Shown here in pieces: positions 51,901-64,000 of a stretch of DNA of 64,000 bases. The first letter of the stretch is position 1; every line of letters begins with the position of its first letter. Both the position numbers and the translations under genes were made by a program. Location: contig JBHGNT010000004.1 in assembly GCA_043228905.1 (NCBI GenBank), forward strand, positions 24,242,001-24,306,000, written 5' to 3'. The notes below the pieces were generated by a model. It saw only the letters and a list, made by a program, of their open reading frames with translations, had not been told where the DNA came from and searched no databases. This stretch comes from Azolla caroliniana (taxonomy: Eukaryota; Plantae; Polypodiophyta).

Positions 51901-54900
51901 TGGAGGCAGAAAAATCAGAGAACATGTCAGAAGATGCATGGTGGATTTTAAACAAAAAGGTTGTCATATATATTAAGATGGCTGTTTTTGATGAGATTTT
52001 GGTAGATCTCAAAGGGTTGGTATCTGCTTCTGAAATATCGGCAAAGCTGAAGGCTACATATGAAAACAATACTCATGTTAATCAAGTACATCCAATGCGA
52101 AAGCTTGTTGGCATGCAACTGGATGAGTCCAAGGGTGCGACTGAACACTTGTCCTTGTTTACAGGTACTTTATCACAACTGTAGGACTCAGGAATGGCTC
52201 CTTTTGATGACAAGATCAAAGCCATTTTTCTACTAATGACACTACTTGACTCATGGGAGACATTGGTAGTCTCATTGTCTAATAGACCCAACTTGACCTT
52301 TGATGGTGTTAGGGGCTCCATACTCAATGAAGAGATCAGGAGAAAAGCAAGTGGAGAAGGTGGCAGCTCAACCAACATGGTTAGAGATAGGGCAGATAAG
52401 AGAAGTAACTATGCACACAAGAACAAAAGTAAAAGCAAAGAAATGGGAAATAGCAACAAAGATAAATGCAATGATGTAACATGCTATCAATGTGGCAGGA
52501 AAGGCCACAAGAAACCTGATTGCCACTATTACAAAGTAGAACTTGAAAGAAAAAATAATTCTGGAGATAAGAAAAAGGACAAGACTAAAGCACTTGACAG
52601 CCAAATGGACAAAGAGAAGGCCAATTTGGTTCTAATGTAGTCATAGAGGAGTTGTCAGATGTTGAAGACATTTTATGTGCTACTTTTTCAACTGATGATA
52701 CTTATGCATATGGTGCCTCTCTAAATATTCATTCATTCATAGGACATGTGCATCACTAAGAATGATCTTATTGATGCTTTGTTGACTGTCAATGATGCAT
52801 TGGCCCAAACATGTATAGTTGACTCTGGTGCTTCATTTCATGGACTCCTATCAAGGAGTGTTTTTCTAATTTTACTGCAGGCAGCCATGGCAATATATAC
52901 CTTGGAAACAATCATGCATGTTCCATTGAGGGTATTGGCACTGTGCATTTTTCTACAAATGGCACTAATGAGCTGGTTTTGCATAATCTGCGTTATGTAC
53001 CAGGGATCAAGAAGAGCTTGATTTCTGTGGGTTAAATGGATATGCATGTTTATAGCATTATCTTTGAGAGAGGATCATGGAAAATGACAAAAGGTTCAAG
53101 GCTGATTGTGAAAGGCACAAAAAAGGGAACTCTTTATTGCTTACATGGAAATGCTATATTGGGCAAATTTATTGATGTGGCTGAAGTTCACTCCCATATG
53201 GAATTGTGGCATAAGAGACGTGGCCATATGAGCCAAAAGGGTCTCACTAGGCGTTGTAATCTAAAGAAGCTTGATGCTAAAGGCACAAAGCTTGATTTTT
53301 GTAATGAATGCCAATATGGAAAGGAAGTGAAGCATTCCGTTTACTTTAGTGAGTCTCGTAAGTCTTGTGTACTTGATCTTGTTCATTCTGATGTGTGTAG
53401 CATGCCCACCAAATCTACAGGTGCAATGTATTTTATCTCATTTGTTGATGATTTCTCTACAAAAATTTGGGTTCAATTGCTTAAATCTAAGGATGAAGCC
53501 TTTGCTGCATTTAAGTGTTTTCATGCATTTGTGACCACCCAAACAGGCAGAAAACTGAAATGTTTGTGTACGGACAATAGTGGTGAGTATACAAGTGCTG
53601 AATTCAAGAAATTTTGTGAAATTTTGGTATTAAGATGGAGCTTACTGTTCCATACAGCCCCTCATCTAATGGTGTGGCTGATTGATATAACATGACACTT
53701 TGTGAGACAATGAGATGCATGTTGTCTACCGCTAATCTCCCTCATGGATTTTGGGGAGAGGCACTCAAAACTGCAATACATGTATGCAATAGATCCCCTC
53801 ACACGTCTTGAAAGGGTGACATCCATGAAGAGGTTTGGTCTAGCAAACTTGCTTCATATGATCACTTACGTGTCTTTGGCTGTGAGGCTTTTGTACATAT
53901 AAGGCCTGAGCTGAGAAACAAAGTTGATGCTAAGTCCATTAAGAGCCTCTTCATGGGATATGGTGAAGAAGGCGAAATGGGTTACAAGATTTGGATACCC
54001 CAGCTCAAGAAGGTTATACGCAGCCGAGATGTTGTTTTCAATGAGGCAAGGCTGCTTCGAAACAATTGTACCTCAGAATATGACCATAAAAGGGTTAGAT
54101 TTCAGAATGACCAGCCACCTGTTAGACCCAGTTTTGACCATCAGGATCCACCACAAAGAACTGAAAAGATTGATTATCCAGTGGTTTTGGAGCCAGAAGA
54201 TGTTGGACAGCAAGATGAGGATCCTGGAGAGGAATATGCAGCCAAATAATAATGCTGAAAACGGTGCTGAAAATAATGGACAGCAGCCTAGCAATGATGA
54301 TTTAGACATGCCACCTGATGTTGATCCATTGCTTGACAATATGGATCATTTGGTGAGACGTTCTCCTCATATTAGACGAAATGTGAGTAGATTTGACCCC
54401 TCGTTGCACTACATAATGTTGATTGATGAGGGAGAACCTCTTACATATAAAGAGGCAAAGGCATGTGAGCACAACAATAAGTGGGAGCTTGCTATGTAGG
54501 AAGAGATTAAGGCTTTGCATTCAAATAATACTTGGGACTTGGTTAAACTGCCAAAAGGAAGGAAAGCTGTTCCTAACAAATGGGTATCTAAAATCAAGAC
54601 CGTTGATAACAAACCCAAGTATAAAGCAAGGCTGGTTTGCAAAAGGATATGCTCAAACTAAAAGCATAGATTTCCAGGAAGTGTTTTCTCTTGTGGTAAA
54701 AATGACCACTTTGTGAGTGCTATTTGCTATAGTGGCTGCAATTGATTTGGAATTAGACCAAATGGATGTACATACAACTTTTTTGCATGGTGACATTGGT
54801 GAAGAGCTTTACATGAAACAGCTTGAGGGCTTTGTTATTCCTGGAAAGGAACATTTGGTATGTAAGCTCAATAGAAGCTTGTATGGGCCGAAACAAGCTT

Positions 54901-57897
54901 CTAGACAATGGTACAAAGAGTTTGATGCTTTTATGCTCAAACGTGGGTACAAAAGAAGCCATGTTGATCACTGTTTGTACATTAAAAGAGATGAAAATGG
55001 CAGCCCAATCATTCTTGTACTATATGTAGATGATATGCTCATTGCTGCCAAGAAAAGGAGCACTGTTGATGTCTTTAAAAAGCAGCTGAAATCTGCATTT
55101 TCAATGAGAGACCTTGGGGGAGCTGAACATGTACGTGGAGTAAGAATTAGGAGACAAAGAGAGCACCACACATTGTATTTATCTCAGGAAAAATACATTG
55201 ATAAGGTGCTGGACAGATTTTGTATGGCTGATGCAAAACCTCTTGCAGTGCCATTACAGCCATATGATAAAATCTCTAAGGAAGATTGTCGTAAGACACA
55301 AGAAGCAATCAATGACATCAAGGTGTACCTTAATGCTTCAGCTCGTGGTTCACTTATCTATGCTATGGTTGCTACTAGACCTGATATTGCCTATGCAGTG
55401 GGAGTTGTAAACCGATTCATGGAATGTAGTAAAGTCCATTATGAGGTACTTAAAAGGGACTAAAAATAAATGCCTATGTTATGGAAAAGACCCATTAGAG
55501 CTAAACATCATGGAACCCTATAGATGTACTCACCAAGTGCTTACCCAAAGCACAACATCAGATATGTACACAGATGGTGAGTTACGTAGCTTAAAGGCGT
55601 CATTTATGCCTTTAATTGGGAGGTTGTTGGGGTAAAGGCCCTAATGACCCCTTATAGTGTGTAAATGTGTATAGGCCTATTTATAAAGGCCAAAAGTCAC
55701 TAATCACTTTTTCGTTATTTTTTGGGCCAAGTTCAGTGTGAACTAGGCTAACCCTAAATGGGTCATATAAAACATAAGGTGAAAACTTTTGGATCTCACT
55801 TAAAAGGTGAGCTCCTCCAACTACTGCTCTCTCTCTATCTTTTCTACCATAGCTCCACTGTTGCATCTAAAGAGCCTATACTAGGGTGAATCCTGAGTAT
55901 TCCTCAGCCCTATTGACATCATTCCTAACCCTTACATTATCTCACTATAATCCTCCTGATAGGTGGGTGTATAAAATCAATACCATGGATCACAAACCCG
56001 AGCACAAAGAGAGGCTAGTTGCAAAAGGCTATGTACAAGTCAAAGGGGTTGGCGATCAAGAGGCGTTCTTCATTCAGTCAAAATGAACACCTTGCGGACT
56101 TTGCTCACTCTAATTGTGCCTCTTGACTTGGAGCTTTATGAGATGAATGTAAAGACTGGTTACTTGCATGGTGACATTGAAGAAGAGCTATATATGAAAA
56201 TCGCATACGGATAAGAAACACTCTGTATGCAAACTCAAGAGTCTATATTGGCTAAAACAAGTTCCTAGACGGTGGTACAAGTAGTTTGGTCTTTTATATT
56301 ATCAAGTGGGTTTAAACGGAGCCACGCAGATCATTGCATTTAAGCAAAAAAGGATGTAGATGACATTTGAGAAGTTGCATGGCCAAAAAAGGACCAGAGT
56401 GATGAATCTTTCAGCTACTGATATATCTTTTAAAAATGCTTCTAGTAACCTCATCAAAATTGAAAGAGAACGAAAACCTGCTCGATCATTAGTTTGTTGA
56501 CTGTATTGCTGTGTATAAACCTTCATTATGAAGAAATGAATTAAATTTTCTAATCTGGAAAAATTTTAAATCTTTGATTCAAGTAATATCCCGATGATTA
56601 TTTCTGTGTATTTTTGTTCCAGCAAGAAAAACTGAAGACTGTCCGTATAGTAGATGTACCTGGACACTTAAGGTTGAGATCAAAACTAGATGAATTTTTG
56701 CCTGAGGCAGGAGGGATAGTTTTCCTTGTGGATGCAGCAGATTTTATATCCAATGTCAGGGCCACAGCGGAGTAAGCGTTCCAGACATATTCTTGGAGTG
56801 CTGTCTAATCCTTTTATAGTGATGGACATATTTGAGAACTTAATAGAACTTTCTCCCTACCTCTTAAGGTTTCCTTTTGTGGTGCAACGCAGGGTAAAAA
56901 AAAGCACCTTTTTTTCATGATTTGTAACTTTTGTACTGTTTGAAAAGATTCCGTTAATAGTAGTTTGTATGCTGCAGGCAATGGATCCGTACAATTGTTT
57001 TCTGTAATAGAAAATATGAGTATTTTATTCATGTACCTCATATTTAGATATTAAAAAGGTAGGCATGATATTTTGTGGAGCTATGTCTAGCTTCAAGTAA
57101 AAAGCCTTTATCCGAAGATTCCTAATCCTAATTAAAACAAAGTTTGCAGAGAAGTTGAAGTACAGCAAGCGGGCTCTCAGATAATACAATCATTAAGCCT
57201 TAAAGTGTAGATAGCTATGTATGTCTCTAACAAACAAAATCTTGTCGTGATTCTTCATGTAAGATGTATCTAATAATTTTCTTAACATAAAGGAATGAAT
57301 ACTTGAAGTGTGCATAAGACAATTTTCGGATTATAATATAAACATTCTGCAGGCCTTGACTTTTAACACTTGCTAACTCTGCTTCTTATGACCAAACTTT
57401 TCTGTAGGTACTTGTATGAGCTGCTATCTAAGTCATGGATCGTGAAAAGGAAAATTCCTGTACTGATCATTTGCAATAAGATGGATAAAGTGACTGCACA
57501 TGCTCCAGACTTCATTCGCAAGCAGCTCGAGAAGGAGATGTAAATTCATCTTGTCATATATACTTAAGCTAAACATGTTCAATCATAGGAAAGTTAGTGC
57601 ACATGCTCCAGACTTCATTCGCAGGCATCTCGAGAAGGAGTTGTGAATTCATCTCATTATTTGTGCGTAAATTCATTTCTATAACTCATTATTTTCCATT
57701 GTTTCAGTGAAAAGTTGCGCTTTACTCGGAATGCGGTATCAGATGCTGATGTGGCAAGTGAAGTCAAATTAGGTAAAGACGGAGAACCTTTCAAATTCAC
57801 TCAATGTGTAAACAAAGTCACAGTTGAAGAGGCAGCTGTCATAACCAACCAAATTGCAGTTATTGAAGATTTTATAAGAAACCAGACTGGACGCTGA
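48947..57897 (+). CDS. SRPRB: Signal recognition particle receptor subunit beta, ~261 aa
   Basis: Exons 48947-49085, 49187-49275, 50313-50399, 56623-56771, 57408-57539 and 57708-57897 are in frame (786 nt). N-terminal TM, GLSGAGKT, TVTSMEPN, DVPGHLRLR, NKMD, RKQLEKEIEKLR. Confidence 0.93.
51373..55936 (+). mobile_element. Degenerate Ty1/copia with both LTRs in SRPRB intron 3
   Basis: LTRs 51373-51685 and 55625-55936 (about 13 substitutions and 1 indel by eye), PBS tggtattagagc (tRNA-Met type), gag with CYQCGRKGHKKPDC, integrase and RT (LYVDDM) with stops and frameshifts; TSD not clean. Confidence 0.93.
55960..56290 (+). mobile_element. Older copia RT fragment
   Basis: RWVYKI..ERLVAKGYVQ, MNVKTGYLHGDIEEELYM and LKQVPRRWY remnants. 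Confidence 0.75.
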
Positions 57898-58689
57898 AAG
57901 ATAGTTCTTAATGCCGAGGATCATGGTCTTGCAAAGATGTTGATCCTTTTTATTCCGGAAGATGGTCTAATTGTTAGGGTTGTTTGTAGATGTTAAATTT
58001 TGGTATGGTTTTTGAGGCTTGTATTCTAGAACACTTGAACTTGAAGAGCAGATATATTCAGACATTTCTTACCATAAATTTCAGTGTCTAAATTTGGATT
58101 CAAGAACATTTTCGCATCAGACGAAGTTAAATCCGAGTCATAGCACAGAGTCTGAAATATCTTTGAATCCGAGACCAACTGAAAGCATTTTAGATTGCTT
58201 GCATTGTTTAGGGTTTAGAATGATGAATTTGGGAAACCATTTCCAAGGTGTCACAATTTTTGCTTATTATTGTGATGCTAATGTAAAGGTATTATGTTTG
58301 TTTCAATCTTTTTGGGCTAGGAGATGCCCAAAATCACTTGGAGAAGAATGAGACACCATACCGTCCCCAAAAACAGGGAAAGAGCCATCATCGAGAAACA
58401 TAGGAGGTTTGAGTCAAGTCTCCTAAAGCACAATTGTATGATTGAGGTGAGGTGTCTCGTATGGCCTTGGGATTTGTCAACATGATCAATCGATTTTGCC
58501 TTCTTGATTTTTTACCTTTTTTTGTGGTGGGTTTATTTACATTTCTAAATCAAGCAAACTAGGTATAAGATCTCACACTTTTTTGGACTTTTTTAGAGAT
58601 GTCAATCATAAAAAATGATCAAACATAAATATTACATATGGCTCAAAATATAAACACCCAATGATTTGCCCACTTTTGTAGTTGTAGGT

Positions 58690-59607
58690 TATATTTATTA
58701 TCAAGATTTTAACTTTTATGCTTGTTTGGATAAAGATTAACCTTTTGCCAATCTAGAAGATGATATTGCTTATTTGAAATCCAAAGGGGAAGTTATTGTC
58801 TTTGGTGACATGAATGCTCGTACAAGAAGTTTTCAACCTGAAGCACAACAAATATTTCATGGCACATATAAGTTTTCAACTTGAAGCACAACAAATATTT
58901 CATGGCACATATCTCAAGGATTTAAGAGGATATACATGTATAGTTGCTCTTTTAGCTATAAAAAGATCCTACAAATGTGCAGTAGTACGGGATTGCTTAT
59001 TGTAAATGGTGTCTCCTAATGGACTAACCCTAATTATTTAACATGTAGAAAACACGATAGAAATAGTGTGATTGATTATATGCTATTTTTCAAAGGTATT
59101 TTGGATTGTATATATAAGTTCTCACTTGGTGTATGGACATCAGAATCTCATTATAGGGTGTTATGTATTGACCTCAAATGTATGCAGAGGTTTGATTGTT
59201 ATATTGAAGATAATAAACAACCCCACTTGAGGATGAACCTTTAGTGAGTGCCCATGTATTCCAAGATGGTTGAGGATATATTAAGATTGACAAAAATACA
59301 ACATGGTGCCATACTAGAATGCAAATGGGAAGCTTTTAAGAAATACATTGTCTCATGTAGAAATGAATGTTTTTCGACCAAGGACACATCTTGGAAATGC
59401 ATCAAGAAATGTAGTTCAAAGAAAAAATGGTTTGATAAAGAATGTCATGAAGCTCAAAAACGCCTTATGATTACCAAATGCATTTGTATGAATACAAAGG
59501 GCTTATTTAAAGAAAGAGAAGAATATGGGAAGTTACTCAACAATTTCTCCAAATGCAAGCGAAATCGCATGCATGTGCTAAATTTTGGGGAAATCTAAAG
59601 GGGAAAC
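58690..59607 (+). mobile_element. Degenerate LINE ORF2 endonuclease-region remnant
   Basis: VIVFGDMNART, SVIDYML and KWFDKEC motifs typical of APE-type LINE ORF2, interrupted by stops. Confidence 0.65.
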
Positions 59608-60302
59608 ATGTATTTGCACCATTTCATCGTCGTCAATGTTGACATTGATCGACGTAAGGGAATCTCACAACTTCTTGATCTTCATGGTGTAGCTTCCAAT
59701 CGACATATCCTTCTACTGAATGTTGTTCAACTCTTGACGGAGTTAAAGTTTTCGTGTAGTCGTGTTGGCCACAAAGATCTTTTTGAGGTTTTCCAATGCC
59801 TCCTTCAGTGTTTTGGCCTCTCAAATGTAGTCAAGCATGTGATCATGAATGCATGATGCAAGGCAATACAACACATGACTTGCTACTTGCTCCCATGCTG
59901 GGTATTTGGTGTGTGTTGGGTTGCGTTGCGTTGCGTTGCTTGTGCTCCTTCAATATAATTCCAATAGCCTTGGCCGATAAAGTATTGGTGCATCTTGTAT
60001 TCCCAAGATGTGAAGTTTTTTTTGTCAAGTTTCTCAGTAGGAAGAGCGTTTCCAATCTGAGTATTCATGACGATCGACTTGTTAGGGGTGAGTTTTCTTC
60101 TTCTTCTTTGTGATACGAACTGTGTAGGGTCACTACTACAACGATCAGTCTCTCTGTGATACGGGCCGGTTCTTCGTGAACGTCAGCGTAGGCCCAATAC
60201 ACACAGATGGGCTTGGATCAAGCTACCAAGAGCTTTGGTACCATGTAAAGAATCGAGTGTGATTCTATGTAGTGGAAGAGATATGTGTGTGTGTGTGTGT
60301 GT

Positions 60303-60346
<44 letters not shown>

Positions 60347-60360
60347 ACAAGGTATACAAA
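59608..60360 (-). mobile_element. 5' part of a copia element (LTR end, PBS, gag start); same LTR family as element 2
   Basis: Minus strand: (CT)n(CA)n..cgattctttaca, then PBS-like tggtaccaaagc (60243-60232), then gag EKLDKKNFTSWEYKMHQYFIGQGYWNYIEG. Confidence 0.85.
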
Positions 60361-60364
60361 TTAT

Positions 60365-62033
60365 TGGATCTTGGATGGTATGGCCAAATATTGGATCACG
60401 ACAATGTGTGTCGGCACTTAGGTTACCCTATTGGTGTTGATATCTCAATGTCTCAAAGTTTGAATTGGATATCGGAGACCATTTTAGACAAATTTATGTA
60501 TTGGAAGTCTCAAGCATGGCCATTTAGTACTCGTCTCAAAGTGGTACAAACTATAATGATTCCAATGATTTCTTATTTTTTGCCATTATTAACTTGGACA
60601 AAGAAATCACTTGATCAATTAGCTCGTTCACTTAAATATACATTGTGGAAGAAAGAATCAAGATTGGGTATGAGTTGGGTATCATGGAACAATATTTGTA
60701 CTCTAAAACGGTTAGGGGGAGTTGCATTACTAAATTTGGAGGATCATATGGCGGCTCGAAGATTCAATCTGTTGAAAGGTATGTGCATAGGTACCCAACC
60801 TTGGGCAGAAATAATTCGTTATTTTGTGGAAAAGGTTGGTATATACCATGGGAAAACTAGAATTAGAACATCGTGGTGGCATGTTGTTAATAGTACCCGT
60901 GCATTTAAATGTTCAAAATCTATTATGGTCCAGCAATTAGTGCTTTCTTGGCAACAATGCTTGGAATTATTTCCTTGGAGCCCCCCTGAGTGTAGAAAAG
61001 ATACTAATTCCTTGGCAACAGAGGTATTGGCATCTTCAAGGCTACTACATTGGGATGGAAAAGAAAGCCTAAATACACAGTTTAATCGAATGGCCAGGCT
61101 GGGATTGGTAACAGTGGAAGATGGTATATTGCAGTCATGTAGGAAAATGATGGCCTTTAGGACAGTTAGAAATAAGTTTCATATACCACGGGGATATGGG
61201 TACATTTGGGAATCAATATTGGCATTGCCTAGATTAGTTTTCCCGATTCCAATGTTGTTGGTTGCGGATCCATGGAAAGATTGGTTGTTTGGTATTGGAC
61301 AATCAATTTTTGTGGTGAACACTAATGATGTATACCATAAGTTGGTTGAAGATAGAGCTTGGTTAGCAACCAAGGTTGCAAACACATGGTATATTACTCG
61401 ACATGCAAAGTGGTGGACTAGAGTTTTGGATGCAGGATGGCAGTCTCATCTTCCGTTTCGTGCTAAGGTGTTTCTTTGGCATGTGATTGTTGGTGGGTTG
61501 CCATTGGCGATGGCTTTAAAACAGTGAAATATTTCAAATGGGACATGTTTTTTTTGCACGGTGGTTGAGGAAGATGCCAGACATAGGTTCATTACATGTC
61601 TGGTTGCTAAAGCCATTTGGGTGGTTATATCACAAATTTCGGCATCGATAATAGGCAATATTTTGTCACCTTTTAACTGGGTTTTTATTGATGACGATAA
61701 AGGCATGCCTGCACCATCATATAAGGTCGTGTTTGACTACCTTAGGCATTGGGGGATGTGGTTTAACTGGACCATGAGAAATGAGTTCTTGTTTGATGGA
61801 CTTCATGGGGTAACACAACAACTTCGTAGGATGAAAGGGAAATTGATGTGGCAATTTTCGCAACTATGTTGTTTGGGGACATTGTCCTGAGAGGAGATAG
61901 AGGTATGTCATCTAGTTTTGCAACACTTGAGAGGGTTTCCCATGCATTATCACTACTCATGATGTAGTGAAGATAGCAAGGGTTGTATTATCATCCTGTT
62001 TTAATAACAAAACATTGATTTACCAAAAAAAAA
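60365..62033 (+). mobile_element. 5'-truncated L1-type LINE (post-RT region and zf-RVT) with poly(A)
   Basis: RHLGYPIG, VSWNNIC..KRLGGVALLNL, KVFLW..GGLP, CFFC..EEDARHRFITC..AKAIW; A-run 62025-62033. Confidence 0.88.
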
Positions 62034-62034
62034 G

Positions 62035-62234
62035 TGTCGAATACAAATGTATAATGGACGTATTCACACTATTCTCTTAGAGAGCCCAAGTTCGGGCTAT
62101 TTCTGTAAATAACATAAAGGGCAATTGCCTTATGTGAGTCACTATATAAAGTGACTTTGTAACCTTTTGTAAAGTTTTGTTGTTCATTGTTGTAACTGTT
62201 GCCCCTTTTATGAATATAGATATATGCTTTGTGC

Positions 62235-62265
<31 letters not shown>

Positions 62266-64000
62266 TCTGTACGTATCTTGTTCTTGCCTCTCTCATACGC
62301 AGGTATTTCTTCCTCACAGATTCATACTGTGTGATCTCTTCCGCACTGACGGCTTTGTTCATTCCCTACATTTGGTATCAGAGCTTGGATGTCCTTCATC
62401 CCGCTGCCGGCCGCCATTCGAATCTTTGGATCACAACATTCTGTTTTTTTTTGCTTTGTATTTGAAGAAACAGAGAAGAGAGAAGAAGAAGAAAAACGAG
62501 GCTTGCATCTCATTGCGTTAGATCATCTTCGTTTGGAGTAAGCCAACCGGCTGTACTCTGTTCCTTGTGATCGTAACCGCTCGAGGTGAAATCACCTTAT
62601 GCAACATTGACATGATCGTGCTCCACTCGATTAAACGGCATCCGAACATGTCATCGAACGCTGCTCGCCGCCCGTTGTAACCACTCGGTGCAGATCGGTC
62701 TCAAGACAACAACCCCAATTCGTGCTTCATCCGGCTGATCGACATTCGGGAGGATCAATTGGATCCGTCTCTCTCGTCGCTGCAGTCACCCGAAGCAGAA
62801 TCGGTCCAGACAATCGGTTTCAATAATCAGTATTTGGCATATATATTCGGAAGCGAACCGGGCTCACTCCGACTCGGCAACATTTGGGAAGACCAGTCGG
62901 TTCTGTCCCTCAAGTTACCGGAGTCAATTCGAGCAAGTTCAACAATACATATATCCGAAACCGAACCGACTCGGGTTCAAATCCGACTAGAACGATATTG
63001 GGTGAGCCGACCGGCTGCACTCCAACAAGGTTCGTAGTCAACTCCGAACCGAGCTTCGTCAACCGAAACCGAATCTGATGGCATCAACATCCGGCTCATC
63101 GGAAATGAGTCTAAGGAGGTTCGACGCTTCGAACTTCAATTTTTGGAAGGAGCAAATGCAGGACTATCTTATAGTCAAGGGTCGGATTGATCTGATTGAG
63201 AATGAAACTGCTCCAGAAATATACAAGGCAAATGAGTGGCAGAAGCTGGACAGAATCGTCCGCGCCACGATTCGGATGCACCTGTCGGAATATGTGTACT
63301 TCACAGTGCAATTGTGCACAACAACCTTTGAACTTTGGAAGAAGCTGTCGGAAACCTACGAAAAGAAGGTCGCCTCAACGAAGATGTATTTGATCCGGCA
63401 CCTCTACAACTTGCGGATGAAAGACTCCGATTCGGTTCAGGCACACCTTAACGAGTACGAAAGTTTGAGCTCCCAAATCTCGTCACAAGGGACGACAATC
63501 GAGGATGAACTCAAATCAATGATACTCATGAGCAGTCTCCCCTCCTCTTGGGAAACCTTCGTTACAACTGTGTGCAACGCTTCTACGACTGCCATCAAGT
63601 ACTCCGAAGTCACAAGTGCAATCCTGACTGAAGCAGCTCGGAGAAAGTCTTTCACCAAAGACTCGGCAGAAGAAGCCTATGTAGTACAAGGTTCGACCGA
63701 CCGATCGAACAACCGGGGAAGAAGTTCTTCCCGACCGTCGACAAATCAGCGAAGCCGCAGCAAGTCCCGGGAAACCCGAATCTGCAACTACTGCAAGAAA
63801 CCGGGACACATCAAGGCCGACTGTCGGGTACTCAAGTCAAAGACAGACAAAGCTCAAAGAGCTGATCAGAGGAGTAACCGGCATGAGGAAGTCAACTACG
63901 TTGGCTCTTCAGCCAAGATATTGACGACCGACCCGAACATATTGTCCATAGAGAATCCAGTCGAATCAGAAGTTCTGCTTACGACTGAGGAATCGAGCGC
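62035..64000 (+). mobile_element. Ty1/copia element, 5' part (LTR, PBS, leader, gag); runs off the window
   Basis: LTR ends ..ccctaca at 62370; perfect PBS tggtatcagagc 62373-62384; LTR start uncertain (62035 or 62048). Confidence 0.9.
63078..64000 (+). CDS. Copia gag(-pol), open to the window end
   Basis: MASTSGSSEMSLRRFDASNFNFWKEQMQDYL..LMSSLPSSWETF..CNYCKKPGHIKADC zinc knuckle. Confidence 0.88.
   Translation, partial: MASTSGSSEMSLRRFDASNFNFWKEQMQDYLIVKGRIDLIENETAPEIYKANEWQKLDRIVRATIRMHLSEYVYFTVQLCTTTFELWKKLSETYEKKVASTKMYLIRHLYNLRMKDSDSVQAHLNEYESLSSQISSQGTTIEDELKSMILMSSLPSSWETFVTTVCNASTTAIKYSEVTSAILTEAARRKSFTKDSAEEAYVVQGSTDRSNNRGRSSSRPSTNQRSRSKSRETRICNYCKKPGHIKADCRVLKSKTDKAQRADQRSNRHEEVNYVGSSAKILTTDPNILSIENPVESEVLLTTEESS

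Noticed and set aside
60235-61527. 430-aa ORF as a novel host gene
   Set aside because: It is LTR microsatellite read in frame into a truncated L1 ORF2.

Overview
Eukaryotic, intron-rich land-plant genomic DNA. The (CATA)n/(CA)n-filled introns and the TE types look fern-like, but that is inference. The genes are: a head-to-head inverted pair of LRR-VIII-1 (HPCA1/At1g79620-like) receptor kinases, where the left copy has a 25-nt frameshifting deletion in the kinase; a lipid-droplet-associated hydrolase-like gene; an intact 4-exon gene for a histone stem-loop binding protein (SLBP) with three E2F-type sites in its promoter; and an SRP receptor beta gene plus a dead 5' partial duplicate. The rest is nested Ty1/copia elements, LINE fragments, three hAT non-autonomous elements with 8-bp TSDs, a MULE remnant and a 197/200-bp tandem array. 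The standout is the SLBP gene. It suggests a metazoan/algal-style stem-loop histone mRNA pathway in a land plant, whereas flowering-plant histone mRNAs are polyadenylated. Exon boundaries were read by hand.
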